64,000 nt of DNA from an uncultured bacterium (GTDB lineage Bacteria; Cyanobacteriota; Vampirovibrionia; Gastranaerophilales; Gastranaerophilaceae): the NCBI GenBank assembly GCA_949286885.1, contig CASEEG010000125.1:123-64122 (forward strand), given 5' to 3'. Below, piece by piece: positions 56,973 through 63,628 of the stretch. The translations under genes and the position numbers were made by a program. The first letter of the stretch is position 1, and every line of letters starts with the position of its first letter. The notes beneath the pieces were generated by a model that did no database searches, was not told where the DNA came from, and saw only the letters and a program-made list of their open reading frames with translations.

Positions 56973-57332
56973 ATGACTAAGCATAAGAAAGATGAATATA
57001 AATGTCCTCTTGAGGCAACAATGGAGATAATCGGCGGGAAATACAAAGGAGTTATAATCGGACACCTTATAAATAAAACATTGAGATATAATGAACTGCA
57101 AAAACTTATTTCTCACGCTACACCCAAAATGCTTATACAACAGTTAAAAGAACTTGAAACAGATGGAATAATCAAACGAAAACTTTATCCCGTAGTGCCG
57201 CCAAAAACTGAATATTCTCTCACTAAAAGAGGTGAAACACTTATTCCTGCAATTATTGAGTTAAACAAGTGGGGAATGAACTATTTAAAAGAAGAAAATA
57301 TACCCTGCGCCTACAAGGGTGATATAGATTAA
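56973..57332 (+). CDS. HxlR-family transcriptional regulator
   Basis: CPLEATMEIIGGKYKGVII..L......RYNELQKLI...TPKMLIQQLKELETDGIIKRKLYPVVPPKTEYSLT is the typical HxlR wHTH. Confidence 0.9.
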   Translation: MTKHKKDEYKCPLEATMEIIGGKYKGVIIGHLINKTLRYNELQKLISHATPKMLIQQLKELETDGIIKRKLYPVVPPKTEYSLTKRGETLIPAIIELNKWGMNYLKEENIPCAYKGDID

Positions 57333-57358
57333 TACACGATTTATCATAACAAGACCAC

Positions 57359-57387
57359 TTGACAAATATACCCCTATAGGGTATTAT
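57359..57387 (+). promoter_or_regulatory. sigma-70 promoter upstream of the Cys-rich mini-gene
   Basis: TTGACA (57359-57364), 17-nt spacer, TATTAT (57382-57387). Confidence 0.6.
57368..57384. promoter_or_regulatory. CsoR-type operator 1
   Basis: ATACCCCTATAGGGTAT is a perfect palindrome lying in the -35/-10 spacer. It resembles the B. subtilis copZA operator TACCCTACGGGGGTA. Confidence 0.65.
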
Positions 57388-57401
57388 GTACATGTAGTTA
57401 G

Positions 57402-57418
57402 ATACCCCCTGTGGGTAT
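57402..57418. promoter_or_regulatory. CsoR-type operator 2
   Basis: ATACCCCCTGTGGGTAT is a near-perfect palindrome between the predicted TSS and the SD. Confidence 0.65.
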
Positions 57419-57438
57419 AAAAGAAAAAGGAGGCTAAT

Positions 57439-57558
57439 ATGGCTAAATGTTCAAATCCACATTGCAAATGCGTTAACTGCAAATGCGGAGACAACTGTAC
57501 TTGCACCGAAGACAAATGTAATTGCCCGCCTGAGTGCAATGAACTTTCTAAAAAATAG
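57439..57558 (+). CDS. metallothionein-like cysteine-rich peptide (39 aa, 10 Cys); not in the ORF track
   Basis: AGGAGG SD 7 nt upstream. It reads MAKCSNPHCKCVNCKCGDNCTCTEDKCNCPPECNELSKK to TAG at 57556-57558, with CxC/CxxC spacing as in metallothioneins. Confidence 0.6.
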   Translation: MAKCSNPHCKCVNCKCGDNCTCTEDKCNCPPECNELSKK

Positions 57559-57575
57559 AATATTATTTTGGGATT

Positions 57576-57601
57576 AAGGAGCGGCGTTGCTGCTCCTTTT
57601 T
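57576..57601 (+). terminator. terminator or attenuator hairpin after the Cys-rich gene
   Basis: AAGGAGCGGC-GTT-GCTGCTCCTT (10 pairs including one G-U) followed by TTT. Confidence 0.6.
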
Positions 57602-57616
57602 GTGTATAATGAAAGA

Positions 57617-57925
57617 ATGAAAAAAGAGTTTACAAACGATATGAACATAAAAAAATCAGAAAATCCGAGCCATAAACATGAGATACCTCGCCTAAACAGG
57701 GCAATAGGTCAGTTGGAAGGTATCAAGAAAATGATTGAAGAACAACGATATTGTCCGGATATTATTGTGCAGCTCAAGGCTGTACGTTCAGCAATAAAAC
57801 ATGTCGAAAGCAATATATTGAAAACACATCTTGAAGAATGTGTTACTAAGTCTTTTTCTGATTCTGAAATTGCAAAAGAAAAAATTATGGAAATTAAAAC
57901 TCTGCTTGATAAAATGCAGAGTTAA
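57617..57925 (+). CDS. csoR: CsoR/RcnR-family metal-sensing repressor with the C-H-C ligand signature
   Basis: RLNRAIGQLEGIKKMIEEQRYCPDIIVQLKAVRSAIKHVESNILKTHLEEC has Cys in RYCPD plus the H-x3-C of the CsoR fingerprint. An alternative TTG start lies at 57587. Confidence 0.88.
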   Translation: MKKEFTNDMNIKKSENPSHKHEIPRLNRAIGQLEGIKKMIEEQRYCPDIIVQLKAVRSAIKHVESNILKTHLEECVTKSFSDSEIAKEKIMEIKTLLDKMQS

Positions 57926-58017
57926 CTTATATATTTTAATTTGTTTTTATGACAGTAACTTTATATTCTTAAAATTGCAAATTTGCTCATTTATTTAATA
58001 TTTCAAATTTATGTTGC

Positions 58018-58060
58018 CCAAAATAATCAAACCATGTGGAACAAATAATCAAACCATGTG
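58018..58060 (-). repeat. two adjacent inverted copies (22-bp period) of the TTTGATTATTT motif
   Basis: AAATAATCAAACCATGTG occurs at 58021-58038 and 58043-58060. CCAAAATAATCAAA (58018-58031) is the exact reverse complement of TTTGATTATTTTGG at 55721-55734 and 55780-55793. Confidence 0.8.
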
Positions 58061-58086
58061 TTCTTTTACAACAACCAGCTTGATGG

Positions 58087-58156
58087 GTACGGATGGTTTG
58101 AGAATTTTGCAGACCCCACTCAGTGAGGGCGTTTTCGGGTCGGAAAATTAAGTTTT
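58087..58156 (+). repeat. ~70-bp dispersed direct repeat, copy B (partner is 55770-55840)
   Basis: GTACGGATGGTTTGAGAATTTTG...GAGGGCGTTTTCGGGTCGGAAAATTAAGTTTT. The 26-nt block 58125-58150 differs at one position from 55809-55834. Confidence 0.8.
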
Positions 58157-58160
58157 TTAA

Positions 58161-58203
58161 GATAATCAAACCAAGTGTTTGTTTACATTAATCAAATCAT
58201 GTT
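58161..58203 (-). repeat. two more degenerate inverted motif copies
   Basis: GATAATCAAACCAAGTG (58161-58177) and TTAATCAAATCATGT (58188-58202). Confidence 0.6.
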
Positions 58204-58265
58204 TTTTACAGTTGCAAAATGCAGTTAAAAAATGTACCATGGATTTTGGTATAAGGAATTTTAGT

Positions 58266-58835
58266 ATGAAGAAAATTTTTCTATTGTTTGCTATATTTGT
58301 TCTATGTGTAAGTTCAGCAAATGCGCAGGTATTTAAAGCGCGTGCACTTGGTGAAATATCAACCAAAAACCCAAGTGAAACAATAAAAGTAAAGGCGCTG
58401 AGAGATTTGAATTTGAGCAATGGATTAATTATTGAAAAAAATTCTATTATTACTGGTAAAATGACAGAGGTTGTATCTCCTCAAAAGTTTCACAAAAATG
58501 CAAGTTTTACTTTTATCCCGATAGAGTTTATTGACCCTGAAGGTGCTGAACATAAAATAGAGACCGAGGTAAGGGCATCATACAGACAAAAATTAAAACC
58601 TGACTTTAAACATTCGCAGATAAGTTTCGGAATGAGTAGTGATGGCAAGGACCCTCTGAACTCTGCTTTTGTATTTTCGCCTTCATATATTTCTGATGCC
58701 AAGAAAATTATTCATGGAGAAGGCGGAGAAGTATGGGAAGATTATAAAAACAGAAATACTCCTTGGGGCGATGGAGAGGATATTGATATTAAGATTAATG
58801 AAGTTATCTACTTTAATTTTCCGGATTTCGAGTAA
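58266..58835 (+). CDS. secreted hypothetical protein
   Basis: ATG at 58266 follows AAGGAA. It has the signal peptide MKKIFLLFAIFVLCVSSANA-Q. No family recognised. The track start at 58179 lies in the repeat region and is rejected. Confidence 0.65.
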   Translation: MKKIFLLFAIFVLCVSSANAQVFKARALGEISTKNPSETIKVKALRDLNLSNGLIIEKNSIITGKMTEVVSPQKFHKNASFTFIPIEFIDPEGAEHKIETEVRASYRQKLKPDFKHSQISFGMSSDGKDPLNSAFVFSPSYISDAKKIIHGEGGEVWEDYKNRNTPWGDGEDIDIKINEVIYFNFPDFE

Positions 58836-58928
58836 AAGTTACGAAAAGATGGTAATTGGTAATATAAACTTCTTTTAAACACTTACTTGTTTCTTAATAC
58901 TTTGAATATTCTTTAAAAACTGTATAAG

Positions 58929-58957
58929 TTGACATCTTGCAGGATTTTTTCTATATT
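58929..58957 (+). promoter_or_regulatory. candidate promoter for the His-rich peptide / MATE operon
   Basis: TTGACA (58929-58934), 17-nt spacer, TATATT (58952-58957). Confidence 0.5.
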
Positions 58958-58985
58958 AATTATTTAAAAGGATTAGGGGGAACGG

Positions 58986-59243
58986 ATGTTTAAAAGGGTT
59001 TTTGGCATTATTTTTTGCTTTGTAGTATTTTCGCTATTCTCAAGCGCGGATGCGCATAGTACATTCACTTGGTTTGGGCTAAGAAAGGATAATACGGAAA
59101 TCTTTATTAATACAGGTACGGCACATGAGCCGGATTGTCCGCCGCATAAGCCACATCCCAAAAAACATAAGCCGAAACCGCCAAAGCATGAACCGCATAA
59201 AAAAGGGCCGAAACATCACAAATGTTTCTGGTGGTGCAAATAA
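58986..59243 (+). CDS. secreted His/Pro/Lys-rich small protein
   Basis: Signal peptide MFKRVFGIIFCFVVFSLFSSADA, then HEPDCPPHKPHPKKHKPKPPKHEPHKKGPKHHKCFWWCK. A GGGGGA SD precedes the start. Confidence 0.6.
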   Translation: MFKRVFGIIFCFVVFSLFSSADAHSTFTWFGLRKDNTEIFINTGTAHEPDCPPHKPHPKKHKPKPPKHEPHKKGPKHHKCFWWCK

Positions 59244-59247
59244 TTAA

Positions 59248-60624
59248 ATGATTAAGGATTTAACAAAGGGTGAACCCTTAAAGCTTATTTTATTGTTTTC
59301 TGTACCGTTATTAATCGGCAATATTTTTCAGCAACTGTATAATATTGCAGATTTGGTAATTGTTGGTCGACTTTTGGGGGTGGAAGCTTTTGCCTCGGTT
59401 GGAGCTGTTGCGCCTTTGTTTTTTCTTATAACTTTTATTATTGTAGGTTTGACTAATGGTTTTGCAGTTATTACCGGTCAGAGGTTTGGAGCAAAAAATA
59501 CGCAAGGTGTTAAAAATTCTGTCGTTATATCAATTGTTTTAAGTTTGGCTGCAACTTTGTTTTTTACTATATTGTGCTCGGTTTTAATGCATCCTGTGTT
59601 GTATATGCTCAATGTACCTCAAAATATATATACTAATGCGTATTGGTACATAGAAATTGTAATAATAGGGCTTGTTACCACAACACTTTATAATCTTCTA
59701 GCTAGTATTATAAGAGCTTTAGGAGATAGTAAAACGCCTTTGTATTTTTTAATCGTAGCCTCTATTGCCAATATTTTTCTCGCGTTAATATTTATTCAAA
59801 TTCTAAAGATGGGCGTTGCCGGTTCTGCAGTTGCTGTTGTTTTGTCACAGGGTATTTCGGTGGCGTTGTGCTTGATTTATGTCAAGAAAAAATTTCCTAT
59901 TCTACATTTAAAAAAGCAAGATTGGCTTTTAGGGATTAACGAAGATTTTTGTAATTCGGCGCTTGAGCATTTACGTGTCGGAGTACCAATGTCTATACAA
60001 TTTTCAATAATAGGTTTGGGTGTAATTGTAATACAAAGTGTATGTAATTCATTTGGATCAGATGTTATAGCCGCAGTGACTGCTGCACTTAGAATTGAAC
60101 AGATTGCAACTTTGCCGATGGTATCCTTTGGTACTGCGTTAGCATCCTTTGTTGCGCAAAATTTTGGCGCAAAAAAAATCAGAAGAATAAGAACTGGGGT
60201 GTTGCGAACATCCGTTCTAAGTGTAATCTTGAGTATCGTTATGGCACTTATAATGCGTTTTTGGGGTGTAGATATTATAAGGGAGTTTATAGGTAGTGCA
60301 ACAAACAATATCATAGAAATTGCACATCAATATCTTTTGATAAGCACGTTTTTCTATATTTTTCTTTCGCAAATTTTCATATACAGAAGTGCGCTACAAG
60401 GCATGGGTGAAGTAATTTTTCCCTTATTAGCGAGCGTTGCAGAACTTTTAATGCGTGCCTTTGCAGCAGTTTACTTGGCAATAAAGTTTGGTTACATAGG
60501 AATGTTTTACTCCGGGCCAATTGCTTGGGTAAGCGGCTGTATTGTTTTATCTTTTGGGTATTTTGGAAGTATAAAACCAATTGTTTATAAAGTAAAAGAA
60601 CAGACTTGTCTTAGTAAAATGTGA
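59248..60624 (+). CDS. MATE-family efflux transporter
   Basis: 12 TM segments with the MATE N-terminus (PLLIGNIFQQLYNIADLVIVGRLLG). It starts 4 nt after the His-rich ORF. Confidence 0.92.
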   Translation: MIKDLTKGEPLKLILLFSVPLLIGNIFQQLYNIADLVIVGRLLGVEAFASVGAVAPLFFLITFIIVGLTNGFAVITGQRFGAKNTQGVKNSVVISIVLSLAATLFFTILCSVLMHPVLYMLNVPQNIYTNAYWYIEIVIIGLVTTTLYNLLASIIRALGDSKTPLYFLIVASIANIFLALIFIQILKMGVAGSAVAVVLSQGISVALCLIYVKKKFPILHLKKQDWLLGINEDFCNSALEHLRVGVPMSIQFSIIGLGVIVIQSVCNSFGSDVIAAVTAALRIEQIATLPMVSFGTALASFVAQNFGAKKIRRIRTGVLRTSVLSVILSIVMALIMRFWGVDIIREFIGSATNNIIEIAHQYLLISTFFYIFLSQIFIYRSALQGMGEVIFPLLASVAELLMRAFAAVYLAIKFGYIGMFYSGPIAWVSGCIVLSFGYFGSIKPIVYKVKEQTCLSKM

Positions 60625-60626
60625 CA

Positions 60627-60652
60627 AATATAATATCGAAAGATATTATATT
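60627..60652. terminator. AT-rich hairpin between the convergent MATE and autotransporter genes
   Basis: AATATAATATC-GAAA-GATATTATATT forms an 11-bp stem, but it is all A/T apart from the closing pair and has a weak T tract. Confidence 0.4.
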
Positions 60653-60730
60653 ATTCTGCTGTGTAAATAATTGCTCCATTTGTTAAATAATAAAGAATGC
60701 TTCTTTTGCATTATTACAACGTTGAAATAA

Positions 60731-63415
60731 TCAGCTGCTGATGTTGTTGAGGGTAATTTTTGTCTTTGGAAGTTCGGGAATTCCCGTACTTGTTCTATCA
60801 ATATTAGAAGGTTTAGTTTTGCCTAGTGACCATCTTAGTCCGCATTGTAGCCCTATACCGTTTCTGCCGCCGTTTGTAACATATGCTTGCGCAAAACCTG
60901 TAAATTTTTCACCAATTCTTTTTTGAAAGCCTGCTCCATATTTTACATATGGTTTTACGGATAATTCAGGCAAATATACATCATCTGCCATAAATTTTGT
61001 GTTATCCATGATGTTCCAAGCTACTGAGACTGCCAGATATGGTTGTAACATATTTTTAAAATTACCTATAATTTTTATTTGCGGCTCTATATGTATCACA
61101 TTTAGCGGTTTAGCATTTATGTGTACGCCGCTTGGATTTGTAAAATCAAAAGTATTAACAAAAGTATATGCGCTCATTATATTGGGTTGAATAATCAATC
61201 TTTTTTTAAAGAAAGAAAAGTTATAGCCTGTTTTTTGTGCAATCCCTGTGTTTAACATTGAGAAGTTGCTTGTGTCAAAATGTGTGTGTGCTTTTGCGCT
61301 ATTCGCTCCGACATTTGCACTCCAGAGTGAAAAGAAGTTATCTTTGTAGAAAGCCGCAATTCCTCCAAAAAGTCCACCATTATTATATATTCCAATTCCT
61401 TCGTATGCTTGATGAGAACCATTGTATGAAATATATTGTCCATAGAGCCATTTCCATCCTTTTTTTAAATCTCTCAGGCTGCTTTCACCTCCTATCAATC
61501 CTCCATAACCCACATTTGAAACAGTCGGGCCATTTTTAAGGGGAATATTTTCAAAAGTTGTATATGGCTTAAACCATATACCACAGTTTTGCTCTGGTAT
61601 CGCCGGGTTGACAAAGCCAAATGAATTTTCTCCGGTATATGCAAATTTATTGTAAAATTTCATAGCTGTTTTTGTATAGTTATCTAATGTAGTAACCATG
61701 TCAAGATTTGAAAACACGTTGTTAAATGTATCTATTTGTAACAGGTATCCTGCTGTTTGTGCCGCAATTTCCGCAGAGAGGATGCCCGCATTAAAACCCC
61801 TCCTTGTAAAGACAAAATCTCCATCTGTGGAGTTATAATATGATAAATAATTATAGATAGGTGTTTCTATTAGTCTGGAATCGTAAACCACCGAGTCTTT
61901 TAGTATTGAATCTGCAAATGGTATTGAAATAAAATTGGCTTTTGGAATTCCATAAACTGCTAAATCTGGTACGTATATTTTTCCACTGCCACTTAGACTT
62001 GATGCACCTATTGTATCCATTGTATTTATTGATAAGTTGACATCAGGGTATATGTTTGCATTTCCAGATAGAGTTGTTGTGCCAAAGTTTAAATTGTCAA
62101 TTTGTCCGTTTTGCATATTAAGATTAACATTGTTGGAAAAATTAGTTGCATTTGCATTAAAGTATTCGCTATTTGCCATAACATTTACGGTTCCACTTTC
62201 CAGATTAAAAGTTCCGGTATAGTTTGAATTGTTCCCCCCTAAATTTAAAATACCGCCACCATTTTTATTGATGTTTCCGCTGCCTCTTATCCCGCTTAGT
62301 ATGTTGGTTGTTCCATTTCCTGTAAAATTAATTATATTATTGTTATATATGTCGTTTGGACCATTTATATCTGTATTATTTTTGAATGTTGAATCAATAA
62401 TTGTAATTACGCCCTCATTGCCAATTGCTCCACCTCTACTATTTTGAGCATTAATCGAATTGTTTTCAAAGACCGAATTTTCTATTGTAACGTTTCCGTC
62501 CACATAGTTATATAGCGCTCCTCCTGATGTGTCTATATCAGATGTTATGTAGTTATTATTAAAGATGCTATTTGTTATAGTTAAATTTGAATTATTATGT
62601 ATGGCGCCACCGTAGGAAAATGAGTTATTATTTCCAATTATATGGTTGTTATAAAAATAGCTGTTATCTATATTCATATTGCCCGTATTGTAAATACTCC
62701 CCCCATAAAGGTATGCATCGTTTGAGGTAGCTGCAGTGTAATTATTATTAAATAAACTATTTGTTATGTTTATTGTTGCATAGTTACCGTTTGCAATTGC
62801 ACCACCATATGAAACAGCAGAACTGCTTGCGTAGTTGCTGTTAAAAACCGAGTTGGTTATATTTATGGTGCCCTTTCCTGTATCATTTCCTATTGCACCA
62901 CCCTGTGCGCTTGCGCCATGTGTATAATTATTATTAAAAAGTGTTGAGTTTATTGTTACATTTCCATTGCTGAGATTGTAAACTGCTCCTGCGACTGCAA
63001 AGTTAATTCCCCCCGCGTCAGCATAATTGTTGCTAAAGGTAGAATTTTCAATTAATGTGTTGCCGGCATTGTTAAAAATTGCGCCTGCAAAATATGAACC
63101 ATTATACAATTGTCCTTTGCAGTTGCTCATTCTTATCATATTAAAATTACTTCCCTGATTTAAAATGAAGCCGCCGAAATTATTGCCGCCATTTATACTG
63201 TGGTTTTGACCCTCAAAATATACATCTTTTGTGAGAAAACTATTCCCTATAGATGTATTTGATGTTAAATCATTTACAATTGTAATAGTATCCCCACTAG
63301 AGCTCTGTGCGCCTGATTGCAGTAGTTCGTTGAAGTTTTCAACGTATATATTATTTGCGTAACTTTTTGTATTTATTACCAGAATAAAAAGAATAATAAT
63401 TAGTCTTACTATCAT
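60731..63415 (-). CDS. autotransporter outer-membrane protein with a Pmp-type (GGAI / FxxN) beta-helical passenger
   Basis: Signal peptide MIVRLIIILFILVINTKSYA, about 8 tandem ~25-30-aa units containing GGAI(G/A/H)N and F(N/S)NNY, and a C-terminal ~280-aa beta-barrel-like domain with alternating aromatic residues. Confidence 0.85.
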   Translation of the reverse strand: MIVRLIIILFILVINTKSYANNIYVENFNELLQSGAQSSSGDTITIVNDLTSNTSIGNSFLTKDVYFEGQNHSINGGNNFGGFILNQGSNFNMIRMSNCKGQLYNGSYFAGAIFNNAGNTLIENSTFSNNYADAGGINFAVAGAVYNLSNGNVTINSTLFNNNYTHGASAQGGAIGNDTGKGTINITNSVFNSNYASSSAVSYGGAIANGNYATINITNSLFNNNYTAATSNDAYLYGGSIYNTGNMNIDNSYFYNNHIIGNNNSFSYGGAIHNNSNLTITNSIFNNNYITSDIDTSGGALYNYVDGNVTIENSVFENNSINAQNSRGGAIGNEGVITIIDSTFKNNTDINGPNDIYNNNIINFTGNGTTNILSGIRGSGNINKNGGGILNLGGNNSNYTGTFNLESGTVNVMANSEYFNANATNFSNNVNLNMQNGQIDNLNFGTTTLSGNANIYPDVNLSINTMDTIGASSLSGSGKIYVPDLAVYGIPKANFISIPFADSILKDSVVYDSRLIETPIYNYLSYYNSTDGDFVFTRRGFNAGILSAEIAAQTAGYLLQIDTFNNVFSNLDMVTTLDNYTKTAMKFYNKFAYTGENSFGFVNPAIPEQNCGIWFKPYTTFENIPLKNGPTVSNVGYGGLIGGESSLRDLKKGWKWLYGQYISYNGSHQAYEGIGIYNNGGLFGGIAAFYKDNFFSLWSANVGANSAKAHTHFDTSNFSMLNTGIAQKTGYNFSFFKKRLIIQPNIMSAYTFVNTFDFTNPSGVHINAKPLNVIHIEPQIKIIGNFKNMLQPYLAVSVAWNIMDNTKFMADDVYLPELSVKPYVKYGAGFQKRIGEKFTGFAQAYVTNGGRNGIGLQCGLRWSLGKTKPSNIDRTSTGIPELPKTKITLNNISS

Positions 63416-63529
63416 TTATTAATAATAAGTACTATTAATTTGTTTTAAATTGCACAAAAGACTAGTCTCGATAGTAGATGATAAAACTTATTTATATAAA
63501 ACAGTGGCCGAATCACTCAGGGGAGGCAT

Positions 63530-63553
63530 TAAAAAAGAGAGCTTATGCTCTCT
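63530..63553 (-). terminator. Rho-independent terminator immediately 3' of the tRNA-like element
   Basis: On the minus strand: AGAGAGC-ATAA-GCTCTCT followed by TTTTTT. Confidence 0.6.
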
Positions 63554-63560
63554 AATTATC

Positions 63561-63628
63561 TACCCTGGATGCGATTCGAACGCATGACCTACTGCTTAGA
63601 AGTAGCATATAGCCCTATTCGCAAGGGT
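63561..63628 (-). ncRNA. 68-nt tRNA-like element with non-canonical D-arm and anticodon loop
   Basis: The minus strand reads ACCCTTG CG A ATA-GGGC-TAT ATG CTACT-TCTAAGC-AGTAG GTC ATGCG-TTCGAAT-CGCAT CCAGGGT A. The T-arm is canonical and the acceptor stem pairs 6 of 7. The D-stem has only 3 bp, the variable region has 3 nt, and position 33 is C. Confidence 0.35.

Noticed and set aside
55709-58060. Reading the motif arrays as bona fide Tn7-like/CAST transposon ends. The motif begins TGTAC, has a 22-bp period on one side, and lies close to a tRNA.
   Set aside because: No tnsA/B/C, cas12k or any recombinase gene is present. The outer halves of the left and right motifs differ (GTACGGATAC versus CACATGG). 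No terminal TGT...ACA boundary or target-site duplication could be defined. It is kept only as one hypothesis inside the repeat finding.
57987-58420. Two minus-strand ORFs (60 and 84 aa), plus the long N-terminal extension (from 58179) of the 218-aa plus-strand ORF.
   Set aside because: They run through the intergenic repeat array and have no SD. The plus-strand gene has a clear SD and signal peptide at 58266, which leaves this region non-coding.
63561-63628. Interpreting the tRNA-like element as a suppressor or pyrrolysine-type tRNA. The small D-loop, the 3-nt variable loop and a CTA triplet within the loop prompted the idea.
   Set aside because: Placing CUA at positions 34-36 would break the only stable anticodon stem. 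A sixth anticodon-stem pair would be a G-G mismatch. No pyl genes are present, and no in-frame stop-codon read-through is apparent in the window's genes, which all end at normal stops under the standard code.
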